Positions 41,229 to 51,345 of a DNA stretch of 64,000 bases are shown here, in pieces. The notes beneath the pieces were generated by a model. The model saw only the letters and a program-made list of their open reading frames with translations, was not told the DNA's origin and searched no databases. Source of the stretch: a candidate division FCPU426 bacterium (lineage in GTDB: Bacteria > Oederibacteriota > Muellerivitia > Muellerivitales > Muellerivitaceae); the NCBI GenBank assembly GCA_963771075.1, contig CAVYSE010000001.1:32001-96000 (forward strand), read 5' to 3'. Numbering within the stretch: the stretch's first letter is position 1; each line of letters opens with the position of its first letter. Made by a program: the position numbers and the translations under genes.

Positions 41229-41639
41229 ATGACCGAAGAGGAGAAACATTTGACCCAGGCGGAAAAGCAAATTCACCGCCTGGAACAATTGCGCCTTCAA
41301 AAAGAACAGGAATCGAAGCTGTCCGCCGAGAAGGCTTTTTTCCCCGCCAAAACCGAGGTGGAACGCACTACCGCACGGTTGGCGGCCATGAAGAAATCCG
41401 CCGATCAAACCCACGGGCATAAGAGGCCCCGGTTCGAGGGCAAGAGGAAAAGCGCGAAGCTGACCCAACTGCAGGTCAAGGCCCTTGAAGGGATGCAGGC
41501 CCAGGACCCCGAGTTATCCTCCAGCCAGCTCATTCGCATCGCCATGAACCATTTTCTGAAGATCGAGAACAGCGCTGACGAGAATACGATCGAGGCAAAG
41601 GCCATGGAAATCCTGAGGCAGCTCAGCAGCCGGTCTTGA
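41229..41639 (+). CDS. Hypothetical coiled-coil protein with C-terminal ribbon-helix-helix-like motif
   Basis: GGAGG RBS; KSAKLT...SSSQLIRIAMNHFL. Confidence 0.65.
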   Translation: MTEEEKHLTQAEKQIHRLEQLRLQKEQESKLSAEKAFFPAKTEVERTTARLAAMKKSADQTHGHKRPRFEGKRKSAKLTQLQVKALEGMQAQDPELSSSQLIRIAMNHFLKIENSADENTIEAKAMEILRQLSSRS

Positions 41640-41772
41640 AAAACAAAATCAAATATTAGACCATTTAAATATTTGCCGCCAAGCCACCATGAAAAGCTTC
41701 TGTTTAATTTAACGCGGAAGCCAAAGTGGTATTGATTCGACAATGAAAAAGGGTTCACGAATATATTTACGA

Positions 41773-41985
41773 ATGAGGTCGCTTTTGAAATTGCATGTGA
41801 ATGGGGAAAGCCGGGATTTCGCCGATGGACTGGCGCTGGAAGGATTGATCTCTCAACTGGGGATTAAGAAAGAAGCGGTCGTGGCGGAAGTTAATCGGAA
41901 AATTATCCAACCTTCCGAAAGGGCGGGCTTCATGCTTGCCGACGGGGACCGAATAGAATTGATCACCTTTGTCGGCGGAGGGTAA
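41773..41985 (+). CDS. thiS: Sulfur carrier protein ThiS
   Basis: VNGE, VVAEVN and C-terminal FVGGG; precedes thiG. Start is uncertain. Confidence 0.92.
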   Translation: MRSLLKLHVNGESRDFADGLALEGLISQLGIKKEAVVAEVNRKIIQPSERAGFMLADGDRIELITFVGGG

Positions 41986-42107
41986 AGCAATGGGCAGTCC
42001 ACAGTTGACAGCCAGAAAAGGGAATCAACCCGAAAATTAGTACACAGACCACCGTTGGCAGATCGCGGTCAGGCATCCGCCTAAAGGCGAAAACCGAGGA
42101 AAAAGAA

Positions 42108-42902
42108 ATGGCTATCACGTTAGAACAAATCAAAACCCAGGACAGTTGGACCATCAACGGCAAGACCTTTACTTCCCGTCTGTTGGTGGGGACGGGCAAG
42201 TACGCCTCCAACGAGCTGATGGCCGATTGCCTGGCGGCCTCTGGAACCCAGATTGTCACGGTGGCCCTGCGGCGTATTCCCCTCGATCAAAAGAACGAGA
42301 AGAACCTCCTCGATTTCATTGATCTTAAGAAATATACCCTGCTTCCCAACACGGCGGGGTGCTTCAACGCCGAGGAGGCCATTCGTATCGCCCGTCTATC
42401 ACGGGCCGCGGGGCTGTCCGACTTCGTGAAATTGGAAGTGCTCTTCGACGAGAAGACCCTCTTGCCCGACCCCATTGCCACCCTGGAAGCCACGAAGATT
42501 TTGGTTTCGGAGGGGTTCACCGTCATGTGCTATACCTCGGACGACCCGGTCATGGCCCAAAAATTGGAACAAGCCGGGGCCCACGCGGTCATGCCGGCAG
42601 GGTCTCCCATCGGCTCGGGACAGGGGGTTCTCAACCCCAACAACATCCGCATCATCCTTGAGAAACTCAAGTGCCCTGTGCTCATCGACGCAGGAGTGGG
42701 CTCCGCCTCGGACGTGGCGGTGGCCATGGAACTGGGTGTGGAGGCCGTGCTCTTGAACACCGCCATCGCCCACGCGAAGGATCCCCTGAAGATGGCCTAC
42801 GCCATGCGGTGCGCCACCGAGGCAGGGCGATTGTCCTATCAGGCGGGGCGTATCCCCAAAAAACTCTACGCCCAGGCCTCCACCCCGCAAAAGGATTTTT
42901 AA
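42108..42902 (+). CDS. thiG: Thiazole synthase
   Basis: [21 protein letters not shown] and DAGVG. Confidence 0.96.
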   Translation: MAITLEQIKTQDSWTINGKTFTSRLLVGTGKYASNELMADCLAASGTQIVTVALRRIPLDQKNEKNLLDFIDLKKYTLLPNTAGCFNAEEAIRIARLSRAAGLSDFVKLEVLFDEKTLLPDPIATLEATKILVSEGFTVMCYTSDDPVMAQKLEQAGAHAVMPAGSPIGSGQGVLNPNNIRIILEKLKCPVLIDAGVGSASDVAVAMELGVEAVLLNTAIAHAKDPLKMAYAMRCATEAGRLSYQAGRIPKKLYAQASTPQKDF

Positions 42903-42904
42903 CC

Positions 42905-43561
42905 ATGTCAGTCCGGGACTCCCTATTGGAAAAATTAAAAGCCGCACGCCTGTACCTGGTTACCCATCCTGAAAAAGAAGGAGGGAGGCCCCTATTGGCA
43001 ACGGTGGAAGCAGCCCTCAAGGGCGGGGTGGATATTGTTCAATTGCGGGATTACACCCTATCCGACTCGAAACTGTTACAAACCGCCATTGCCCTTCAGA
43101 AAATGACGCTTAACTACGGAGCCCTTTTCATCGTGAATAACCGGCCTGACATCGCCCGGCTTTCGGATGCGGATGGGGTGCATGTGGGCCAGGAAGACCT
43201 CCCCGTGCGGATGGCCCGGAAAATCGTGGGTGAGGAAAAACTGGTGGGGCTATCCACCCAAGAAGCCGCCCAGGCCCGGGGGGCGGTGGTGCAGGGGGCG
43301 GATTACATCGGGGTGGGACCCGTTTTCGCCACTCCCACCAAGGACAAGGACCCGGTGGGCCTGGGGTATGTTTCGGAGGCTTTCCAAATGAATTTACCCA
43401 TCCCCTTTTTCGCCATCGGTGGGGTTGATCTGCAAAATATCGAATCGGTCATGAAGGCGGGGGGAAAAAGGGTTTCGGTCGTTCGGGCCCTGATGGACGC
43501 GGCAGATCCTACCGTCGCAGCTCGGAAATTTGTCGACATCCTAGAAAAATTCCGAGAATGA
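42905..43561 (+). CDS. thiE: Thiamine-phosphate synthase
   Basis: LYLVT, QLR, ADGVHVGQED, GPVFATPTK and AIGG. Confidence 0.94.
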   Translation: MSVRDSLLEKLKAARLYLVTHPEKEGGRPLLATVEAALKGGVDIVQLRDYTLSDSKLLQTAIALQKMTLNYGALFIVNNRPDIARLSDADGVHVGQEDLPVRMARKIVGEEKLVGLSTQEAAQARGAVVQGADYIGVGPVFATPTKDKDPVGLGYVSEAFQMNLPIPFFAIGGVDLQNIESVMKAGGKRVSVVRALMDAADPTVAARKFVDILEKFRE

Positions 43562-43632
43562 CCCATCCTCTTGAGATTGGGTAAAACGAAACCATATAAT
43601 TTCGGTATTTACTGACAAAGGAAAGTGAGCCG

Positions 43633-44160
43633 ATGAGCCGCCCAATCGTTCTTTATCCCGATCCGATCCTGAAAAAGAAAAGTCAAGCCATCACGAAATT
43701 CACCGAGGATCTGGCGGCGCTGGCCGCGGAAATGACCGAATCCATGCGTGAGGCCAACGGTGTAGGCCTGGCCGCCGTACAGATCGGCGAACTGCTTCGA
43801 ATGATGGTCATGGACGAAAATTACGACAAGGAAGAAAAGGGTGAGACCCTGGTTTTAATCAATCCGGTGGTTTTGGAAGAGCAGGGAACGGACCTTTCCG
43901 AGGAAGGCTGTCTTTCCATCCCCGATGTTCGCGAGGAGGTGGAGCGAGCCCTGAAGGTGAAGGTCAAGGCCCAGGACCTCAAGGGGGAGGAGCACACCTA
44001 CTCCTTCGAGGGTTTACTCGCCCGCTGCATCCTTCATGAGATCGACCATATGAATGGCCAGCTTTTCATTCAAAGAATCTCCGCGGTCAAGAAGCTTTTC
44101 CACCAGAAACAGCTACACCAGTTGAAGAAGAACTTCGAGAAGGCGCCAGTCCGCTTATAA
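43633..44160 (+). CDS. def: Peptide deformylase
   Basis: GVGLAAVQ, EGCLS and HEIDH. Confidence 0.96.
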   Translation: MSRPIVLYPDPILKKKSQAITKFTEDLAALAAEMTESMREANGVGLAAVQIGELLRMMVMDENYDKEEKGETLVLINPVVLEEQGTDLSEEGCLSIPDVREEVERALKVKVKAQDLKGEEHTYSFEGLLARCILHEIDHMNGQLFIQRISAVKKLFHQKQLHQLKKNFEKAPVRL

Positions 44161-44234
44161 ATCAATTCGCCCATTTAGATTCCCCAGTTATTCATCCCTA
44201 AATCCCCTATAATCCCCGTGCGTAGAACATTTCC

Positions 44235-45197
44235 TTGAAGTCGAAGGACTTAACCTTGGAGCAACCTTTCCGCATACTTTTCATGGGCACATCCGATTTC
44301 GCCGTGCCGACTTTGAAGGCGCTGCATGGGGCAGGTTATCCCATCTGCTTGGTGGTGACCCAACCGGACCGTCCCGCGGGTCGGGGACTAGATCTCAAGC
44401 CTTCCCCTGTCAAAAGTGCCGCGGTGGAACTGGGCCTTCCCCTTTATCAGCCCGAGAAAGTTCGCTTTCCTGAGGCGGTGGAAACCCTGAAAGCCCAGCA
44501 GCCGGACCTGACGGTGGTAGCCGCCTATGGCCAAATCCTACCCCCTTCGGTCTTGCAAATACCCAAGGTCACCGCCCTGAATATTCATGGGTCCATCCTT
44601 CCCAAATACAGGGGGGCCGCCCCGATCCATTACGCGGTGATGGCGGGGGAAAAGGAAACGGGTGTCACAATCATGTATATGAATGAAAAGCTGGATGAGG
44701 GGGACATGCTATTGGTGAAGAAAACCCCCATCCATCCGGAGGAAACGACGGGTGACGTGCATGACCGATTGGCTTCCTTGGGCGCGGAAGGACTTTTAGA
44801 AGCCTTACGGCTTCTATCGGAAGGTAAGGCCCCGCGAATTCCTCAAGACCATTCCCAAGCCACCTTTTCGCCCAGTATCAAGAAAGAACAATGCCGGGTT
44901 CGATGGGAAATAAGCGCCCGGGAAGCCGTCGACCAGATCCGGGGCCTGGCGCCTTGGCCTGTGGCGGAGACCTATTGGAAAGGGATTCCCCTACGGCTTT
45001 ACAAAGCCCTGGAATTGGATGGAGAAAATGGGAACCCAGGGGAAATTGTCAGGGTCTCGAAAGAAGGCATTGAGGTTTCAACAGGGAAGGGAAGGGTTCT
45101 TTTAAAAGAACTCCAGCCCCCGGGAAAAAAGCGCATGGGCGCGTACGATTTCACTTTAGGCCATCCCGATTTTAAATTGGGCGAAAGGTTCACATGA
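44235..45197 (+). CDS. fmt: Methionyl-tRNA formyltransferase
   Basis: FMGTSDFA, TQPDRP and NIHGSILPKYRGAAP. Confidence 0.96.
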   Translation: MKSKDLTLEQPFRILFMGTSDFAVPTLKALHGAGYPICLVVTQPDRPAGRGLDLKPSPVKSAAVELGLPLYQPEKVRFPEAVETLKAQQPDLTVVAAYGQILPPSVLQIPKVTALNIHGSILPKYRGAAPIHYAVMAGEKETGVTIMYMNEKLDEGDMLLVKKTPIHPEETTGDVHDRLASLGAEGLLEALRLLSEGKAPRIPQDHSQATFSPSIKKEQCRVRWEISAREAVDQIRGLAPWPVAETYWKGIPLRLYKALELDGENGNPGEIVRVSKEGIEVSTGKGRVLLKELQPPGKKRMGAYDFTLGHPDFKLGERFT

Positions 45198-46774
45198 CCA
45201 CCCGAGATCCCCAATCCCCTTCGGATGGACCGAAGGAGATCAACTCCGCAAAGCCAACCCGACTCACCCAACCGAAACGGGTTGCCGGCAAGCGCCCCAT
45301 GGGAAAACCTCCGGCAGGCAACCGAACTGTTGGCAAAGGATCGTCTGGCGGTCGACCTCCTTTTCGAGGGACCCGTAAAACCATGGGAACGGGTTCAATC
45401 ATTCCGGGAACGGTCCGCTCTCCCCAACCCGATCGTTCAAATAGCGCACCGGGAAGGGAGTTTATTACACCCTCCCGTTTAGAGGCGGCCAAGGCCCTTT
45501 TGAAAATCGAGAAGGGCTCCAAGGTCGCGGATGTGATGGAAGTGAGGGGATTGATCCCCGAGGATATGGCTCTTTTCCGCGAACTGGTTTACGGATGCAC
45601 CCGGCAAAAACGCCTCCTGGATTACCAGTTGGACAAGCTTTGCCAGTCCCCTTTCGCAAAACTGCCGGTAGAGGTCAAGATCTCCCTGCGGATGGGGCTT
45701 TACCAACTGATGTTCCTGACGAGGGTGCCGGCCCACGCGGCAGTCCATGAGACCGTCAATTTGGTCAAGGGCGCGGGACAGGAGGCCCTGTCCGGCTTCA
45801 CGAACGCGGTTCTTCGGAACGCGGAAATTAAAAAGGCGGAGTTCACCTTTGAGGGCGAGAGTGAACTGGATAGCCTGGCCATCCGCCATTCCCATCCGAC
45901 CTGGCTGGTGAAACGATGGGCAGAAAGTTTTTCCCCCGAAACCCTGGAGGCCATCCTCGCGGCGGACAACAAACCACACCCGGTTTTTTTGAGGGCCCGG
46001 CCCGGCTGGGGTCCCAAGATTCAAGAGTCATTAAGGGCGCAGAAGATCAACGTGGAGCCGCTTTCCTGGCCCCCTGATATCCTGCGGCTGAACAGCCATG
46101 AGGGAGGGCTATTTTCAGGAGAAAGCTTCAACCAGGGTGACTGGTTCGTTCAGGATTGGTCACCCCAGGCCATGCTGGAGATGCTGCCCTTTACCCATGT
46201 CTTCCGGGCTTGGGATGTATGCGCGGCTCCAGGCGGTAAGACCGCGGGTCTAGCTTGGAAATTAGGGGATAAAGGCGAGGTCTGGGCCACGGATTTGTCC
46301 CCCGTACGCCGAATCAAACTACAGGAAAACATCAAACGGTTGAGCCTGAATAATGTGAAGGTTTACGAGGATGCCATCGAAAAGATTACCCCGGCCCAGA
46401 AGTTCGATTTAATTTGGGTTGACGCTCCCTGCAGCGGAACCGGCGTTTTGTCACGGCGTGCGGACCTGCGTTGGAAATTGAAAAGGGAAGAGATAAAAAA
46501 ACACGCCGAGGAACAGGGAAAACTTCTGGAAGAGGTGCAGGGGCATCTCTATCCCAAGGGCTTTCTGGTTTACAGCACTTGCTCGTTGGAAAAGGAGGAA
46601 AACCAGGAACTCATCCAGGCCTTCCTGGAGGCCCATCCGGGATGGGACGTGGTCATGCCGGAGGTGCCTGTGGAGGTGACCGGGTTGATCCGTGGTGAAT
46701 ATGGAATCACCTTTCTTCCCACCCAGGACAGGGATGGGGGCTACTTGGCCTTGATTCAAAAAAACAGGAATTAA
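45194..46774 (+). CDS. rsmB: 16S rRNA m5C967 methyltransferase with disordered N-terminal extension
   Basis: NusB-like domain, CAAPGGK, DAPCSG and YSTCS; def-fmt-rsmB synteny. Confidence 0.92.
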   Translation: MTTRDPQSPSDGPKEINSAKPTRLTQPKRVAGKRPMGKPPAGNRTVGKGSSGGRPPFRGTRKTMGTGSIIPGTVRSPQPDRSNSAPGREFITPSRLEAAKALLKIEKGSKVADVMEVRGLIPEDMALFRELVYGCTRQKRLLDYQLDKLCQSPFAKLPVEVKISLRMGLYQLMFLTRVPAHAAVHETVNLVKGAGQEALSGFTNAVLRNAEIKKAEFTFEGESELDSLAIRHSHPTWLVKRWAESFSPETLEAILAADNKPHPVFLRARPGWGPKIQESLRAQKINVEPLSWPPDILRLNSHEGGLFSGESFNQGDWFVQDWSPQAMLEMLPFTHVFRAWDVCAAPGGKTAGLAWKLGDKGEVWATDLSPVRRIKLQENIKRLSLNNVKVYEDAIEKITPAQKFDLIWVDAPCSGTGVLSRRADLRWKLKREEIKKHAEEQGKLLEEVQGHLYPKGFLVYSTCSLEKEENQELIQAFLEAHPGWDVVMPEVPVEVTGLIRGEYGITFLPTQDRDGGYLALIQKNRN

Positions 46775-46872
46775 TTTAAAGAAAAATACATTTGCCGCTA
46801 AGAACGAGGTCGATACCCAGAAAGGCAAGAAGAAACTAAAGTTAGGATGAAAAGATCAGGAGTGGAGAGACT

Positions 46873-48432
46873 TTGAAACGAATTTGGTTATTTCTCACAA
46901 TCATTCTTTGGGCGGATTGTTCCTTCGCCGAAAACCCGGCCGAGTATGACCTCGTATTGAACAACGGGACCCTCTTGGACGGATCCGGACTTCCACCGAC
47001 CCATGGAAGCCTGGCTTTCAAGGATGGGAAAATAGCAGCCGTAGGCCTATTACCTCCCTACAAGACGAAGAAGGAAGTGGATGTCCATGGCTTGGTCGTG
47101 GCACCCGGGTTTATCGACCTTCTTTGCCACAACGACCTGCTTTGGACCTTCACCGAACAACAAAAAGCCATACGTCGGGGTGTCACTTCAGGTCTGGCAG
47201 GGAATTGCGGGTTCTCCATATTGGATGTAGAAAAAAACCTGCAAAAGCTGCAAAAACACAAAGGCCTGATCAACCTGGGCACCCTGCTCGGGCAGGGAAG
47301 CGTTAGGGATTGGTTCGTAAAGGCCCAAAAACAAAAGGCGCCGGATGCCGCAAGCATGGCGCGCATGAAAACCTTTTTGGAGGTTGGGCTGAAGGCTGGG
47401 GCGTTCGGTTTATCCAGCGGATTGGGTTACGAACCGGGAGAATGGTGCCAAAGCGCGGAGCTGGAAGACCTGGCATCGGTTCTTTCGAAATATCCCCACG
47501 CGGCTTATTACACTCATATCCGCAATTACCGATCGGGCGTGTTGGACGCAATCAAGGAAGCCCTTCACCTGGGCGAAGTGGACAAGGTGCCGGTCGTGAT
47601 CCAGCATCTCCTATTCAAGCTTCCCAGTAATTGGGACCAGACCGAAAGCGGATTGCGTCTCCTTGAGGAGGCCCGGGGTAAGGGCCTGGAAGCTTGGGCC
47701 ACGGTATACCCCTATGACTTCTGGGGAAACGAAGTTCAGATACCTCTCTACCAGTTTCTTTACCTTCCGGAGGATTCGGCCCGCTGGTCCTTTTACCACC
47801 AGGAAGACAAGACGGACGACTTAATGGCACGGATCCATCGCCGACTACTGGAATATGGCGGAGGGGACAAGATCGAGATTACCCGGGTTCGGGCAAAGAG
47901 TTCCAAATCCGCGCTGGGACTCACCCTGAAAGAATTGGCGCAACAAAGAAAGTTGTCCGAAGAAAACGCGGTGGTGGCCCTCTTGCTGGAGAATGGAAAG
48001 GACGTCAAGATCTGCTATCACGGACTTTCGGAAGAGGGGCTCATCAAGAAAATCCAATCACCCTACGTTCTTTTTGGTTCTGACTCGGCGGCCACCATCC
48101 CCCATCCAAGGGACGTGGGGGCTTTTCCCCGATTGTTGGGAACCTACGTACGGGACCAAGGGGTCATCCGCCTTTCGGAGGCCATTCGACGCTTAACGAG
48201 AGAACCGGCCCGTATCATGGGCTTGAAGGACCGAGGGCAATTAAAAACGGGATTTTGGGGCGACGTGGTGGTTTTCGACTACAAAACGATCGGGGACAAG
48301 GCGACGGCAGTGGCGCCATGGGAATCTCCGAGCGGCATAAAAATGGTATTTGTGAACGGACAGCAGGTCTTCGGAAAGGGAGGGTTTTTAAACGGATACC
48401 CGGGACAGGTACTGAGAAGGTCGGATGATTAA
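46873..48432 (+). CDS. Secreted N-acyl-D-amino-acid deacylase-family amidohydrolase
   Basis: VAPGFIDLLCH, GNCG, GLSSGLGYEPG, GSD and HPR. Confidence 0.87.
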   Translation: MKRIWLFLTIILWADCSFAENPAEYDLVLNNGTLLDGSGLPPTHGSLAFKDGKIAAVGLLPPYKTKKEVDVHGLVVAPGFIDLLCHNDLLWTFTEQQKAIRRGVTSGLAGNCGFSILDVEKNLQKLQKHKGLINLGTLLGQGSVRDWFVKAQKQKAPDAASMARMKTFLEVGLKAGAFGLSSGLGYEPGEWCQSAELEDLASVLSKYPHAAYYTHIRNYRSGVLDAIKEALHLGEVDKVPVVIQHLLFKLPSNWDQTESGLRLLEEARGKGLEAWATVYPYDFWGNEVQIPLYQFLYLPEDSARWSFYHQEDKTDDLMARIHRRLLEYGGGDKIEITRVRAKSSKSALGLTLKELAQQRKLSEENAVVALLLENGKDVKICYHGLSEEGLIKKIQSPYVLFGSDSAATIPHPRDVGAFPRLLGTYVRDQGVIRLSEAIRRLTREPARIMGLKDRGQLKTGFWGDVVVFDYKTIGDKATAVAPWESPSGIKMVFVNGQQVFGKGGFLNGYPGQVLRRSDD

Positions 48433-48521
48433 AATGATCGAAACCCCATGTTTCCTCTTTTTTTCATCGAAATTTGCCGTCTTTTCGTTCAGGTTTGCTC
48501 CCTTTGGCCGTTAGAAGCACT

Positions 48522-51260
48522 ATGTACCTATCCCATTCCAACCGTCCCGCAAAGGGGATAGCCCTCGGGTTCGTTCTTTGTTTCCTTTTGACTTTGGCCG
48601 GAGCGGAACCGGCTTTCCCCCAAACAGCGACCTTCACCCGCACCCTTACGAACTCACCCACCGTTTCCTTGACTCCATTGCCCTCCAACACGCCGACTCT
48701 AACCTTCACGCCCAATTTGACCCTGACCCCACCCTGCGGGGCCTCGGCGACCTTTTTTGGGAATGTCAACATTAGCGGCTTAAGCAGCGGTAATGTCACG
48801 ACCGGTCCCGGAATTTACGGCGCCGGCGCCACCTTGAATTTTCCGGCTTCGGTCTACAGCCTATCCATATACAACAGCGGGGCCAATGCCGGCGTTTCGG
48901 TCATCGCCGGGATCTACGATATCGGGGGCGTCCACCCTAGCAGCGTGAGCAACATTGGAAGTTTGGTCGTTCAATCGACACCCCAGCCAATGGTCGCTGG
49001 TTGGAACGGTTTTGTCATTCCACCCACTTATTTGCCTGTCGGCCAATATTGGCTGACCTATATGTTTGACTCCGCGGACTATAACATCGTCAATTCCAGT
49101 GGGGTCAGCGGTAACTTGGTTTTTACAACCGCGCCCCAATCCTACGGGTCGCTTCCAAACGGGATGCCGTCCAGCATAGCCTATGGGGCGGGGTCGATTC
49201 CCATGGCCGCCGACTATTGCATCGTGCCTACCAACACGCCAACCATCACCAACTCACCCACGCCCACGAATACGATCACCCAAACTGGAACTCCTACGAA
49301 TACCAATACGCCAACCTCCACGAGCACCCCGACTATCACCGGAACAATCATGACCTATACCCCAACCGTCAGCAATAGCCCCACCCCCACCAATACCCTG
49401 ACGCCCAGTCCGACCGCCACTTCCACGAATACACCCAATCTTACCTTAACCCCCGATTGTGGCGCGAGCGCCCAGTCCTTTGGAAATACCAATCAAGCCG
49501 ACGCGAATGTGATCGAGCAAAATGCCTTGGGTTGGGGTTTCAGGGCCAGCGTGTATAACTTGCCGGTGACAGGAAATGTAGAAACGATATCACTTTATTG
49601 CGACCCCAGCAGCGCCGGGGAAACTGCCGTGGTGGGGATTTACAACAGCCAGTCCGTTTCTTTGATGGGGACTCTGCTTTCCCAATCCGATTCGACCAAC
49701 CTGCAGGCAATGTCTTCGGGTTGGAACGTATTCAGCGTGCCGGCAACCCTCTTACCCCCTGGAAATTATTGGCTGGCTTATATTTATTCCGGACCAGCAA
49801 GTTATTTAGTGGATTACCAAACCATATCCGGTTCCGTTTCTAATACATTCGCTTACGCTCTTACGACCGCGGTGCAATCCTATAGTTTGGATGCGACCGC
49901 TTCAACTTATCCCGTAACCTATAACGCGGGTATCAATATCCATGACTTGATTTACGCCAATTATTGTCCGGCCGGTCTTTCCACCAACACGCCCACCCTC
50001 TCCCCGACCCAGACCAACTCCCCCACCGCCTCACTCACTCCCTCCATTACCAACAGTCCCACGGTTTCCTTGACCCCCACCCCTTCCAATTCCCCAACGC
50101 TGAGTTTGACCCCAACCGTCTCCGATAGTCCCACCTTTAGCTCAACCCCTACGAATACCTTGACGCCGACCTGGTCATCCACCATCACGCTTACCGCTAC
50201 GATCACGAATTCATTTACCCCCACGCCGACGGCAACGCTGACCAGTTCCTCCACTTCGACCCCAAGCCCGACGGTTACTTTGACGCCAACCGTTTCGGAG
50301 ACCTCTACTTGGACCCCCACCCTTACTAATAGCCCCACTATAACCTCCACCGCTACCCCAACGGCCACCTTGCCACCGAGTTTCACCTTCACGATGACAC
50401 AAACGATTACTTCGACCCTCAGCGTAACCCCGAGCCTGACCCCCACTTGGTCCACGACGGGGACTTCCACCTTTAGCCCGACGCTGACCCCCATCAGTTC
50501 CTTTACCTTTACCGCCTCGATGACACCGTCCACCACGCCGAATTGGACCCTTTCCCCGACTCTCACCGGAACATTCGTTCAAACGGCGACTGAAACCGAT
50601 TCACCCACCATTCTTTTTACCCGGACCGTGACGAATACCCCAACAGCCACCGGAACCCTTACCATCCTCCAGACTCCCACTTCGTCCCTGACCCCGACGA
50701 ATACGGCTTTTTGGACCCCCACCCGCTCCTGGACGCAAACTACGACTGCCACAAACACACCGGTCTTAAGTATTACCCCTTCCAACACGGGAACGCCCAG
50801 CGAAACCCCCACTGGGACCCCGTCGTTCACGACGACCGCGACTCCCAGCTCCACCGGGACCTTAACCCAAACGAACATTCCCACTCAGACCTTAACGGGT
50901 TCACCGACACTGACCCTGACTTTGCAGCCTACGCCAACCCCCGGACTGACACTCTCGCCGACAATCACGATAATCCCAGCATCGAATCCACCGCCCGTTT
51001 TTTACCCGAACCCGGTGAAAAGCAACGATTCCATCAATCTTTGGGTGTCCTTCACGCAGCCACACGATTATGTGACAGTGAAGCTATTTACCACAGCTTT
51101 TCGGAAGATCTATCAACGAAGCTGGACCTATACCCCAGCGGGTGTCTACGAATTCGCTTTAGATGATTTCAAGCCGCAAATTACCAGCGATGGGCTTTAT
51201 TACGCATTGGTCACCACCCCCACGGACCGGTGGGTCATGAAACTATTGATTCTGAGGTAG
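48522..51260 (+). CDS. Thr/Pro-rich secreted protein with two internal domain copies and a C-terminal YPNP sorting-like domain
   Basis: Signal peptide; duplicated CGASA..FGN...GWN.F...YWL.Y...YC; FYPNP...GLYY. Confidence 0.8.
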   Translation: MYLSHSNRPAKGIALGFVLCFLLTLAGAEPAFPQTATFTRTLTNSPTVSLTPLPSNTPTLTFTPNLTLTPPCGASATFFGNVNISGLSSGNVTTGPGIYGAGATLNFPASVYSLSIYNSGANAGVSVIAGIYDIGGVHPSSVSNIGSLVVQSTPQPMVAGWNGFVIPPTYLPVGQYWLTYMFDSADYNIVNSSGVSGNLVFTTAPQSYGSLPNGMPSSIAYGAGSIPMAADYCIVPTNTPTITNSPTPTNTITQTGTPTNTNTPTSTSTPTITGTIMTYTPTVSNSPTPTNTLTPSPTATSTNTPNLTLTPDCGASAQSFGNTNQADANVIEQNALGWGFRASVYNLPVTGNVETISLYCDPSSAGETAVVGIYNSQSVSLMGTLLSQSDSTNLQAMSSGWNVFSVPATLLPPGNYWLAYIYSGPASYLVDYQTISGSVSNTFAYALTTAVQSYSLDATASTYPVTYNAGINIHDLIYANYCPAGLSTNTPTLSPTQTNSPTASLTPSITNSPTVSLTPTPSNSPTLSLTPTVSDSPTFSSTPTNTLTPTWSSTITLTATITNSFTPTPTATLTSSSTSTPSPTVTLTPTVSETSTWTPTLTNSPTITSTATPTATLPPSFTFTMTQTITSTLSVTPSLTPTWSTTGTSTFSPTLTPISSFTFTASMTPSTTPNWTLSPTLTGTFVQTATETDSPTILFTRTVTNTPTATGTLTILQTPTSSLTPTNTAFWTPTRSWTQTTTATNTPVLSITPSNTGTPSETPTGTPSFTTTATPSSTGTLTQTNIPTQTLTGSPTLTLTLQPTPTPGLTLSPTITIIPASNPPPVFYPNPVKSNDSINLWVSFTQPHDYVTVKLFTTAFRKIYQRSWTYTPAGVYEFALDDFKPQITSDGLYYALVTTPTDRWVMKLLILR

Positions 51261-51297
51261 GGAAGAGGAAAGTGGCAAATGTAAAGATAGAGCAATA

Positions 51298-51333
51298 AAA
51301 AAAGGCCGGTCCCCAAGGGGAAACCGGCCTTTT
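51298..51333. terminator. Bidirectional intrinsic terminator
   Basis: AAAAGGCCGG..CCGGCCTTTT between convergent genes. Confidence 0.8.
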
Positions 51334-51345
51334 GGCTGAAGAAGG

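Noticed and set aside
41640..41780. TPP riboswitch upstream of thiS
   Set aside because: No CTGAGA or other conserved core motif is visible.
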